Source: an uncultured virus (IMG/VR IMGVR_UViG_3300035544_000037). Taken from it: 43,176 nucleotides of DNA. The position numbers and the translations under genes are program-made. The notes beneath the pieces were generated by a model. The model did no database searches. It had not been told where the DNA came from and worked only from the letters and a program-made list of their open reading frames with translations. Numbering within the stretch: the first letter of the stretch is position 1; each line of letters begins with the position of its first letter. The stretch lies in IMG/VR virus record IMGVR_UViG_3300035544_000037, positions 1-43,176 of that record. One strand, 5' to 3'. Shown here piece after piece: positions 18,924-27,126 of this stretch.

Positions 18924-19403
18924 ATGATAAATGTAAATATAACAAATATTAATCAAGTAGTTTTAGAAGGGCAATTACTTTCAGTGGGTGTTGAGGTGAT
19001 AAATAATTATTCAGTAAGTAAACAAGATGTTGTAATAGAATTGCTGGATTTTAACAATACAGTAGTTGACTCAGTTACTTTGTATCCTTCTACAGAAACA
19101 ATAGAATTTAGTGCTGGGGCTACTGAAAATATAACTTTGACTTGGGCTATACAACCTTCAGATAGTGCTAAGGATTATATAACTGTTTCTTCTTCTGATG
19201 AAAGTGTACAAAAATTAGTTTTAGGAGTTTTTTCAGTGGGTAGCAATTCTTCTTATATTGAAGCTGGTGGCAACAGGCACATTGGGCAAATAACAATCAA
19301 CACATATAATAGAATTGTTGCAGATGAAATTAAGCCCCAATTGGATAGTATTTTAAACTCTGTTGAACAAGAATTAGTTGGTAAAATTACACAGAACTTA
19401 TAA
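18924..19403 (+). CDS. Hypothetical protein with Ig-like (CARDB-like) N-terminal domain
   Basis: V.V.N, AGATENITLTW, ITVSS strand pattern; AGGTGA RBS. Confidence 0.55.
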   Translation: MINVNITNINQVVLEGQLLSVGVEVINNYSVSKQDVVIELLDFNNTVVDSVTLYPSTETIEFSAGATENITLTWAIQPSDSAKDYITVSSSDESVQKLVLGVFSVGSNSSYIEAGGNRHIGQITINTYNRIVADEIKPQLDSILNSVEQELVGKITQNL

Positions 19404-19415
19404 GGTTGTGATAGG

Positions 19416-19784
19416 GTGAAAAGTTTATACCTTAACAATGATGGTGACATGGAATTTGATGAAATGTATAATTTAAAGATGGTAGATGAAAGTGAAGAAG
19501 TAATACAAAGAAATAAAATAGCTTTAAGTGTAAATGAAGGTGAATGGATTTTCAATAAACTATTAGGTATTCCATGGATTAAGATGATGAAAGATAAATC
19601 TAAAACAGATAGGGATTATGAAAGACAAGTTAAAGATGTTCTTAAAAATGACCCTGATATTGATGAGGATACAATAGAAATTAGTACAGAATATAATGGC
19701 TTTGATAGAGAACTTAAAATAGATTTTAGTGGTAAATTAGTAGATGGAACTAAGTTTGAAAGTTCAGCAGGAATTGAGGTGTAA
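19416..19784 (+). CDS. Baseplate wedge/sheath initiator (gp25-like, DUF2634-like)
   Basis: DGD, L....GEW.F....GIPW motifs. Confidence 0.8.
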   Translation: MKSLYLNNDGDMEFDEMYNLKMVDESEEVIQRNKIALSVNEGEWIFNKLLGIPWIKMMKDKSKTDRDYERQVKDVLKNDPDIDEDTIEISTEYNGFDRELKIDFSGKLVDGTKFESSAGIEV

Positions 19785-19787
19785 TAG

Positions 19788-20981
19788 ATGGCAGATTATG
19801 GAATTACTGAAGATGGATTTAAAAGAAAAACTAGAGAAGAAATTGTTGAGGATATGAAATTAAGCCTTAAAAATAAATTCAGCAGTTTGAATATGACTGA
19901 TAAAAATCCATTAATTAAAATAGTAAAAGTTGTTTCTTACCCAATAGCTCTGTATTGGTTTGCCCTGGAGTCAATCTATAATAATAGATGGATAAGTACA
20001 GCTACTGGTCATACATTAGATGAGGTAGTTCAGTATTTAGGTATAACAAGGCAACCTGGTACAAAAGCAGTGACAGATGTAGTTTTTACTGGTGATGATT
20101 TAACATTTATTCCAGAAGAATTTTTAGTAGAAACAGTAGAAAAAGAACCAGTTCAATTTCAAACTGTTGAGAGTGGTTATATAGAGGATGGTAGTATAAC
20201 ATTACAAGTTCAAGCCTTGGAAGATGGTGAAAATGGAAATGTTGCTGCTGATACTATTACTGAGGTAGTTAATCCAATTTCTGGACTTGATTCAGTTAAT
20301 AACCCAAGTGCCTCTCAAGGTGGAAGTGAAAGAGAAACTGACCAAGAGTTGAGAGAAAGATATATTCAATCTTATGATAGAGCAGGAGGTTCAACTACTA
20401 ATTCAATCAGAGCTAATATTTTAGAAGAAACTGATACTACTGCTTGTATAGTTTTAGAAAATGTAACAATGGAAACAGATAGTAATGGATTACCTCCTAA
20501 ATCTTTTGAGAGCATTGTGTATGGGGGTGTAGATGAAGAAATAGCTCAAGCTATTTTTAATAAGAAACCTGCTGGGATTGAGTCATTTGGTAGTATTTCA
20601 GTATTGCTAGATGATGACTCAGGTAATGAGCAAACAGTTGGATTTTCAAGAGCTAGTGAAGTAGATATTTATATAGATTTAGATATATCTACTAACCCAG
20701 ATACTTTCCCATCTGATGGAGAAACTCAGATTAAAGATGAAATTATAGGATATATTGGTGGAGAATTAAGTGATGGAAGTTATCCAAGAGGATTAAGTAT
20801 AAGTGAAGATGTTATTTATAACAAAATTATTGATTTAGTATTTAATATTGCAGGTGTAGAAGATGTTAATTCACTTGCCATTGGAACTTCTTCAAGTCCT
20901 ACTGGAACTTCAAATATAACTGTAGCTTTCAGAGAGGTAGCTTTAACTGATAGTAGTTGGATAGTGATTACAAATGCTTAA
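19788..20981 (+). CDS. Baseplate J-like wedge protein
   Basis: ATGHTLD, G.NGNV, V.N....GG.E.ETD.ELRER, GLPPKS motifs. Confidence 0.92.
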   Translation: MADYGITEDGFKRKTREEIVEDMKLSLKNKFSSLNMTDKNPLIKIVKVVSYPIALYWFALESIYNNRWISTATGHTLDEVVQYLGITRQPGTKAVTDVVFTGDDLTFIPEEFLVETVEKEPVQFQTVESGYIEDGSITLQVQALEDGENGNVAADTITEVVNPISGLDSVNNPSASQGGSERETDQELRERYIQSYDRAGGSTTNSIRANILEETDTTACIVLENVTMETDSNGLPPKSFESIVYGGVDEEIAQAIFNKKPAGIESFGSISVLLDDDSGNEQTVGFSRASEVDIYIDLDISTNPDTFPSDGETQIKDEIIGYIGGELSDGSYPRGLSISEDVIYNKIIDLVFNIAGVEDVNSLAIGTSSSPTGTSNITVAFREVALTDSSWIVITNA

Positions 20982-21663
20982 ATTTGAAGATTTAATTAAT
21001 AAGTTTCCTCATATTTATATTAAAGAAAAGGTTAGTAATTTAGGTAAGTTAATCCAGACTATTTTAGAAGAATTACAATTAATTGAATCTACTAAAGATG
21101 AGGTAGAATTACAAGATGAATTAAGTAATGCTACTGGAATAACCTTAGATAAACATGGAGAATTGGTTGGACAAGAGCGTGGTCTATTTAGTGATGATAT
21201 TTATAGAATTTTAATTAAATCTAAAATCAGACAAAATTTATCTGGTGGAGATGTAAATTCCATTATTGAATATATAGCAACATTCTTTCAGATACCAAGA
21301 GAAAATATCCAAATTGATGAAAGTGAATGGGGTAGTTTTAGATTTTCAAATGTAAATGGAACTGTCCAAACAAGTGAATATGAGGGTTTTGGAACAGGTG
21401 TTTTAGCAGCAGATAATCCAGAACCAGCTTTTTATAGATTCAATATTACACCAGAAAGTTTAAATTCAATAGGCTTCCCTATTCAAGATTTAGTGAAAAT
21501 AGTAAAAGATTTAAGTGCAGCTGGAGTTAGAATTTCATTTTTTGTAAAAGGAACATTTGCTTTTTCAGCTACTGATGGAGTTGTTGAATATAGTGAAGAA
21601 GAAGGGTTTAATTATGGTACATTAGGTGCTTATTATAATCCAGATGAAGGATTTTTTAGTTAA
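20974..21663 (+). CDS. Baseplate wedge protein (DUF2612/P2 gpI-like)
   Basis: ATGITLD..GELVG..R, SDDIYR.LIKSKI, AAGV motifs. Confidence 0.8.
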   Translation: MLKFEDLINKFPHIYIKEKVSNLGKLIQTILEELQLIESTKDEVELQDELSNATGITLDKHGELVGQERGLFSDDIYRILIKSKIRQNLSGGDVNSIIEYIATFFQIPRENIQIDESEWGSFRFSNVNGTVQTSEYEGFGTGVLAADNPEPAFYRFNITPESLNSIGFPIQDLVKIVKDLSAAGVRISFFVKGTFAFSATDGVVEYSEEEGFNYGTLGAYYNPDEGFFS

Positions 21664-21683
21664 TATATAAGGAGGTTTTTATT

Positions 21684-23480
21684 TTGAAAAATATAAGTAA
21701 TAATTATCCAGAGTGGAATGCAACAGGTACAGAACCAGACCAGAGTAAAAAAGATGAAGGATGGCAACCAGGTGAAAAACCACCAGCTGATTGGTTTAAT
21801 TGGAAAGATAATAAAGATTATCAATCATTTCAAGATATAGATGCAGGAATAGCTGACAGAATTGCAGATGTTCTAACAGAAGGTGTCTTAACAGGTGGGG
21901 CAGTAACAGAAAACACAACAGCAAACTTAAGTATTTTAGTTGAACCATTAACAGGGTTCAACATTAATGGTGCTAGAATTAATTTAGATAGTCAACAAAC
22001 TGTTGATTTGAGCAATTACCTGCCTACTACTGTTGGAAATGAAAAATATGTAAGTGTTTACATTGATGTAATGGACTTAGAAACCAACACAGAAATTAAT
22101 ATAGTAGAAGGTATTTCAGCAACTGCTGGTAGTGCTACAAAACCTGCTATTGATAGTGCCCAAGGTGTATTATTAGCAGATATATTATTAACAGAAGGTC
22201 AAACTACAATATTAAATGATAATATTGAGGTAGCTAGAAAACAAAAAATACACTTAAACAATATAGCAGGCCAAATGGACTTCGTTAATGTTAATGATTA
22301 TGGGGCTGTTGGTGATGGCATTACTGATGATTCAAAAGCTATTCAGTATGCCATTGACAGTATTCCAGATGGAGATGACTTATACTTGTATTTCCCATAT
22401 GGCGAAAATGGACAATATTCTATTGAAAATAAAATAACAATTGCTAATAAAAATAATGTAGTTATTGAAGCACAAAATTCTGAAATTATAGCAAATAACT
22501 TTACAGGAATTAACCAAACTGCTATTAAAATTAATAATTGTAATAAAGTTGAATTAAGAAATGTTAATTTTAATTACAATAATACAAGTTTTTCACAAGT
22601 TAGAGCATTCACCATTTCATTTATTGAAAAAACATTAAAGGTTATTAATACAGATGTATATAATTTTGGGAATTCAAATAGGCAAAGGGGATTTTATTTA
22701 TCAAATATTAACAAAGACCAGAATTTATCAGGTTTCAACCACTACCCAGGAGCATTGTTTATAGGATGTAATTTTTACAATGAATGCTTAACCTCAATAG
22801 GTGAATTTGATTATAATAACAGCGAAAAGCACGGCGAGGGTGTATATTTTGGTGAAAATGCTGAATATTGGAAAGTTATAGGCTGTAGTTTTTTCTCATT
22901 AACTTGTGGAATATATATAGATGGCGGTGCGAATGGAACTATTACAAATAGTGAATTTGAATTAATTGATGGTAGAACTGATAAAACTTCTGGAATACCT
23001 GACAGAGCTTGTGTGTTTTCTGCATCTGGAGGGGGTAATAACGGTAAATTAATAGTAAGCAATTGCAAATTTACTCACAATTATGGTTATTCCATAATTT
23101 CTTATTACTCGTCTGGAACAAGGCCATTACAAATAATCAATAACCAATTTATTGCAAATGTGTTAGATCCAATTTTAATACAAGAAACTGACAGGACAAT
23201 GATTAATAGCAATTATTTTGATAGATGTTATAATTATAATAATATAATCAATTATCCTTACCCTACATCTCCAAGACAATTTATTGCAGTACAAGATGCT
23301 GATATGATGATGGTCAATGATAATTACTTTCTTGATAGCAATACTTATGCAATTAATTTAGAAGGAACATTAACAAATATTAAAATTTCTGATAATATCT
23401 TTTCAGTTATTAACACTGCAAACATTAATAATGTATCAAGTGCAACAAATGTAGTACAAAATGATAATGTTGATTTTTAG
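21684..23480 (+). CDS. Tail fibre/spike with right-handed beta-helix (putative polysaccharide depolymerase)
   Basis: N-terminal anchor W...G.EP...K...GW.PGEKPPADWFNW; VNVNDYGAVGDGITDDSKAIQ.AID and LYFP.G pectate-lyase-3-like start; Asn-rich I.NN.F repeats. Confidence 0.88.
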   Translation: MKNISNNYPEWNATGTEPDQSKKDEGWQPGEKPPADWFNWKDNKDYQSFQDIDAGIADRIADVLTEGVLTGGAVTENTTANLSILVEPLTGFNINGARINLDSQQTVDLSNYLPTTVGNEKYVSVYIDVMDLETNTEINIVEGISATAGSATKPAIDSAQGVLLADILLTEGQTTILNDNIEVARKQKIHLNNIAGQMDFVNVNDYGAVGDGITDDSKAIQYAIDSIPDGDDLYLYFPYGENGQYSIENKITIANKNNVVIEAQNSEIIANNFTGINQTAIKINNCNKVELRNVNFNYNNTSFSQVRAFTISFIEKTLKVINTDVYNFGNSNRQRGFYLSNINKDQNLSGFNHYPGALFIGCNFYNECLTSIGEFDYNNSEKHGEGVYFGENAEYWKVIGCSFFSLTCGIYIDGGANGTITNSEFELIDGRTDKTSGIPDRACVFSASGGGNNGKLIVSNCKFTHNYGYSIISYYSSGTRPLQIINNQFIANVLDPILIQETDRTMINSNYFDRCYNYNNIINYPYPTSPRQFIAVQDADMMMVNDNYFLDSNTYAINLEGTLTNIKISDNIFSVINTANINNVSSATNVVQNDNVDF

Positions 23481-23631
23481 GATGCTAATTGTAAAGGGGG
23501 CAATAAATAAATAATTATTTATGAGTTAATAATATTAATTTTACCGCCATTAAGAGAGATAAAATATACAAAAGAAAAATTTTGCCTTGTAGCGTGGTTG
23601 TTTGAGGTGATTTAATGGAAGGAATGATTTT

Positions 23632-24288
23632 ATGGAAGTAGATAATAAAATAATAGCTGCTATTACAAGTGTAGTAGTGGCTATTATTGGAATTTTTAGA
23701 ATAAATGTTAGTAATAGTGATGGCAACCAAGATTATGAAATAGCTAAACTAAAAAACCACCCTGTGCACCAAAGGTTAAAGAACTTTAAGAATTATATTG
23801 AGTTTGGAATTGAGGCAGATTTAAAAGGCAAAGAATTGCTTGTAAAGGATTTTCTTATTAACACATTTAGCTTTTATGAAGAAAAAATAAAAGAATTAGC
23901 TTATGAAGTAGATGATAATGATTTAACTCAAGATGAAATTCAGGCTCTGAATGAAGAATATTTTAATTGTGTAATAGAAGACATGATAACTTATTTTTAT
24001 GTAGATAATTATAATGATGAAGAAATAAAAGCATTAAAGATTTTAGCAGGAAAGTTCCAGAAATTTTATTATAAAAAATCTGAAAACTTTTTAGAAGAGA
24101 TGTGTGAGATAGCAAATTCAAATTATTATAAAAATCCTAAAATTATTCAAGCTATAATTTTTGATAAATATATAGGTTTATTTGCTACTATATTATCATG
24201 GTTTGATGAGGTTATTGATGTGCTTAATGGTGAGTTTGAAGGTTTAGAGTTTCAAGGGGAGGTAATTACTGATGAAGATTTTGATTGA
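23632..24288 (+). CDS. Single-TM protein with large soluble domain at head of lysis cassette (possible holin/regulator)
   Basis: N-terminal hydrophobic IIAAITSVVVAIIGIF; overlaps endolysin start. Confidence 0.55.
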   Translation: MEVDNKIIAAITSVVVAIIGIFRINVSNSDGNQDYEIAKLKNHPVHQRLKNFKNYIEFGIEADLKGKELLVKDFLINTFSFYEEKIKELAYEVDDNDLTQDEIQALNEEYFNCVIEDMITYFYVDNYNDEEIKALKILAGKFQKFYYKKSENFLEEMCEIANSNYYKNPKIIQAIIFDKYIGLFATILSWFDEVIDVLNGEFEGLEFQGEVITDEDFD

Positions 24289-24847
24289 TGCTGGCCATGG
24301 TGGCCCTGAAGGGCCAGGGGCAGTTGACCCTAAAGATAAAGAAATGGATGATGAAATTTATATAGATGAGATTTATTCAGAAGAAAGTGATATAGTTTTA
24401 GCTTTATCTAAAAAATTAATTAAACTTTTAGAAGATGATAATGAACTATTTATTACTAGAAAAGAAGACATTTATATCCCACTCCATGAGAGAAGTGAAT
24501 TGGCTAATGAAAATGAAGTAGATATATTTATTTCTCTACATGCTAATGCTGCTGAAAGTCAAAATGCTAAAGGAATAGAAACACTTTATTATCCTGGTAG
24601 CAAGGGTGGTAAGCTACTGGCTAATAGGGTACAAAATAGACTAATCAAGAATACTTATGCTACTAATAGGGGTATAAAGACCAGAAGAAATTTACATGTT
24701 CTTGAAGAAACTGATATGCCTGCTATTTTAGTAGAAGTAGGTTTTATTACTAACCTAAGAGAAGAAATTCTTTTAAATTGTGATGAATATTTAGATTTAC
24801 TAGCAAAATCAATTTATCAAGGAGTTGAGTATTATGGAAGAAGTTAA
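24272..24847 (+). CDS. Endolysin, N-acetylmuramoyl-L-alanine amidase (Amidase_3), catalytic domain only
   Basis: IDAGHGG, E, FISLHANA, PAILVEVGFITN motifs. Confidence 0.95.
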   Translation: MKILIDAGHGGPEGPGAVDPKDKEMDDEIYIDEIYSEESDIVLALSKKLIKLLEDDNELFITRKEDIYIPLHERSELANENEVDIFISLHANAAESQNAKGIETLYYPGSKGGKLLANRVQNRLIKNTYATNRGIKTRRNLHVLEETDMPAILVEVGFITNLREEILLNCDEYLDLLAKSIYQGVEYYGRS

Positions 24848-25037
24848 AGAATTGAAAAAAGATTGGTTATCATTTTTTCAAAAAGATTGGTTCCAAGCAG
24901 CTGTTTTCTTTATATTATTATTTACTGTTTTAACTTTTTTTGAAGTAGTAGATAATGCTTTGTATGGGAAAGTAGTTTTGACTATTATTGGTTCAGTATT
25001 TGTTGATGATGCACTTTCTTCTTTTGGGAAACAGTAG
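24834..25037 (+). CDS. Putative holin (two TM)
   Basis: 67 aa, two hydrophobic segments, directly after endolysin. Confidence 0.6.
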   Translation: MEEVKELKKDWLSFFQKDWFQAAVFFILLFTVLTFFEVVDNALYGKVVLTIIGSVFVDDALSSFGKQ

Positions 25038-25038
25038 T

Positions 25039-25527
25039 ATGTGGGAAAAAATAAAAGATAAATTAGGTTGGTTAGGTTTTGCTACTTTAGGCTTTTTAGC
25101 TAGTTTCCTATTTGGTAAGTATTCTTCTACTGCTGAACAAGGAAAGCAAGAAAAAGAGCTAAAAGACTTAATTAAAAAACAAGAAAAAGAGATTGGTAGA
25201 CTTGAGAAAAGAAAGTCTAAATTGACTGAAGAAATTAATAAACTAGATAAGCAATATCAAAAAGAACAGACTAAAATAGAAAAGTTAATGGAAGAAAATG
25301 AATTGTCTCAAAAGCAGATTGATAAGCAGATAAAAAAAATAGAAAATTTAAAAGGCAAGCAATTAGAATTAATTGAAGTAGAAAAAGAGGCAGAAAAAAC
25401 ACTTCAAACTTTAAGAAAACAAAATGATGAGTTATTAAAAGGAAGTGATAACAATCCTAAGGACAAGTTTAATTCTATTTCTGACCTTGATAATGCTATT
25501 AAGTCCAATGATGGTGATAGCAAATAA
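25039..25527 (+). CDS. Putative i-spanin-like protein
   Basis: N-terminal TM LGWLGFATLGFLASFLFG followed by long coiled coil; position after endolysin/holin. Confidence 0.6.
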   Translation: MWEKIKDKLGWLGFATLGFLASFLFGKYSSTAEQGKQEKELKDLIKKQEKEIGRLEKRKSKLTEEINKLDKQYQKEQTKIEKLMEENELSQKQIDKQIKKIENLKGKQLELIEVEKEAEKTLQTLRKQNDELLKGSDNNPKDKFNSISDLDNAIKSNDGDSK

Positions 25528-26002
25528 CTTTGAGTATTTTGAAAAGGTAGAAGGTGGCTATTTTCTACCAGAAGAAAATGAACAAGATTTATTGGATTTT
25601 ATCAATTCCTTAAACAATAAAATAGTAAACCTAGAAAATGCTATTAAAAAGGAAAGGGAAAAAACTGATGAAGTTATTTCTTCTAAAAATAAGAGGATAA
25701 ATAATTTGGAAGAGCAATTACAAGCAGCAAAAGAACTTAAAAAAGAGCTACAAAATATAATTGATAACAAAGACAAAATTTCTAATTTAAAAGATGAACA
25801 GATTGATATACTGGAACAAAAAATTGAGTTGTACAAGGAACAAAACTTAATTAATGAAAAAATTTTAGAACAAAAAAATAAAATCATATCTGGAAAAGAT
25901 GAGCTTATAGAGATTGAACAAGAGAAGTCTTTTAAAGGAAAGATTAATTGGGGTATATATGGTTTAGTTACAGGTTTAATAATAGGTTTGTATGCTAATT
26001 AA
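25445..26002 (+). CDS. Putative second spanin-like subunit (signal peptide, coiled coil, C-terminal hydrophobic anchor)
   Basis: Overlaps previous gene by 83 nt in another frame; signal-like N-terminus ending VIA; C-terminal WGIYGLVTGLIIGLYAN; no Cys. Confidence 0.55.
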   Translation: MITILRTSLILFLTLIMLLSPMMVIANNFEYFEKVEGGYFLPEENEQDLLDFINSLNNKIVNLENAIKKEREKTDEVISSKNKRINNLEEQLQAAKELKKELQNIIDNKDKISNLKDEQIDILEQKIELYKEQNLINEKILEQKNKIISGKDELIEIEQEKSFKGKINWGIYGLVTGLIIGLYAN

Positions 26003-26031
26003 TAGCAGTTAAGATGACTGCTATTTTTTTT
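26001..26031 (+). terminator. Rho-independent terminator ending the late operon
   Basis: AATAGCAGT/ACTGCTATT stem (26001-26009/26017-26025) running into a T tract. Confidence 0.85.
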
Positions 26032-26068
26032 ATCTTTAAAAATAATTAAAGTTTTTTCTAAAAATCAC

Positions 26069-26097
26069 TTTACTTTTTACTAGTTTTATATTATACT
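26069..26097 (+). promoter_or_regulatory. SigA-type early promoter
   Basis: TTTACT-17 bp-TATACT with AT-rich upstream region. Confidence 0.75.
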
Positions 26098-26128
26098 ATA
26101 TTTAGTCTTGAAGAAAGGGGGTGAGGAA

Positions 26129-26293
26129 ATGTTTTGGCAAGGGATGGCTTTAGGCATAGCAATTGGATATGCAATTAAAAAGTTTTTAGATGGTGATTAT
26201 GATTATCAAGCAGAAATATATGATAAGGCATATACTGATGGTTATAAAGTTGGTTATAATGATGGGGAAGATGGCATACCAAGGAGGAAGTGA
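26129..26293 (+). CDS. Small protein with N-terminal TM and Y.DGY..G repeats
   Basis: GGGGGTGA RBS; first gene after promoter. Confidence 0.65.
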   Translation: MFWQGMALGIAIGYAIKKFLDGDYDYQAEIYDKAYTDGYKVGYNDGEDGIPRRK

Positions 26294-26296
26294 AAA

Positions 26297-26464
26297 GTGC
26301 TTATCAAAGTTACTAACTTAGAAAATGGTGCTGTTAAATATACTAATGATTTTTACTTTTTTGAAGAACAAGGCATATCAACTATCAAAGATAATGGTGA
26401 AACTATTAATATGTTTGGACAGAAACTTAAAATAGAGTTTATTAAGGAGGCAGATATGGGATGA
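26297..26464 (+). CDS. 55-aa hypothetical protein, not in ORF track
   Basis: GTG after AAGGAGG; MLIKVTNLENGAVKYTNDFYFFEEQG...; ATGA overlap with next gene. Confidence 0.65.
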   Translation: MLIKVTNLENGAVKYTNDFYFFEEQGISTIKDNGETINMFGQKLKIEFIKEADMG

Positions 26465-26856
26465 GATTATGGCATGAGGACTTACTTGATAAGCTACCAG
26501 CTAATCAATTTAATGGGCAGCACAGAGAAATATGTGCCCTTAGAGGTAAGGGTTGGGAAAAGAACCATTCTACTGTTGATTATATTTTTAATTACCCTAT
26601 TGAACATTTAATAGCTTATCATTTTAAATATTTAAGTTTAAGAAGGGAAAGAGGATATAATTATAATGAGAAGTGGGAAAGAGCTACTCACAGAGGTAAA
26701 AACCTTGAGCCTTTTATAAATGTTAATTATCAATTAATTGATACTATAATTGTTACTGGTAGAAAGTGCTATCCAGAACACAATGAGAAATATCTAAAAG
26801 AATGTATTGAAAATTTAAAAGAGAAAGGGTGTGTTTGTAGATATTATGAAGACTAA
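26461..26856 (+). CDS. TIGR02328-like protein (pyrimidine-dimer glycosylase/DenV fold)
   Basis: MRLWH..L...LP..Q..GQHRE.CALRG.GW...HSTVDY.F, YPEHN..YL.EC.ENL..KG. Confidence 0.88.
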   Translation: MRLWHEDLLDKLPANQFNGQHREICALRGKGWEKNHSTVDYIFNYPIEHLIAYHFKYLSLRRERGYNYNEKWERATHRGKNLEPFINVNYQLIDTIIVTGRKCYPEHNEKYLKECIENLKEKGCVCRYYED

Positions 26857-27070
26857 AATTTTAATCCTTACTTTAATAATAGTGCTTTTATCTACCAACT
26901 TAATTTTAGCAGAAGGAATGGGTTTGAGCAGAGATAAGAAAATACAAAGGCAAAAGAATGTAGCTTTAGAATACATGATAGAAAAGGAAAGAGAGGAAAC
27001 TAAAAGGCGAATTAATAGATTTTGGTTTGGGATAGGAACTCTAATTTTATTTAATATTTTTCTTAAATAG
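26846..27070 (+). CDS. Small exported/membrane protein
   Basis: Signal-peptide-like N-terminus, charged helix, C-terminal TM. Confidence 0.6.
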   Translation: MKTKILILTLIIVLLSTNLILAEGMGLSRDKKIQRQKNVALEYMIEKEREETKRRINRFWFGIGTLILFNIFLK

Positions 27071-27072
27071 CC

Positions 27073-27101
27073 TTTACTTTTTACTAAAAATATAGTATAA
27101 T
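27073..27101 (+). promoter_or_regulatory. SigA-type promoter for helicase operon
   Basis: TTTACT-17 bp-TATAAT; shares CTTTACTTTTTACTA with the promoter at 26069. Confidence 0.8.
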
Positions 27102-27126
27102 TATATTGTACTGAGAGAAAAAGGAG

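Noticed and set aside
21684..23630. Diversity-generating retroelement or invertible tail-fibre cassette
   Set aside because: No reverse transcriptase, invertase, template/variable repeat pair or flanking inverted repeats seen
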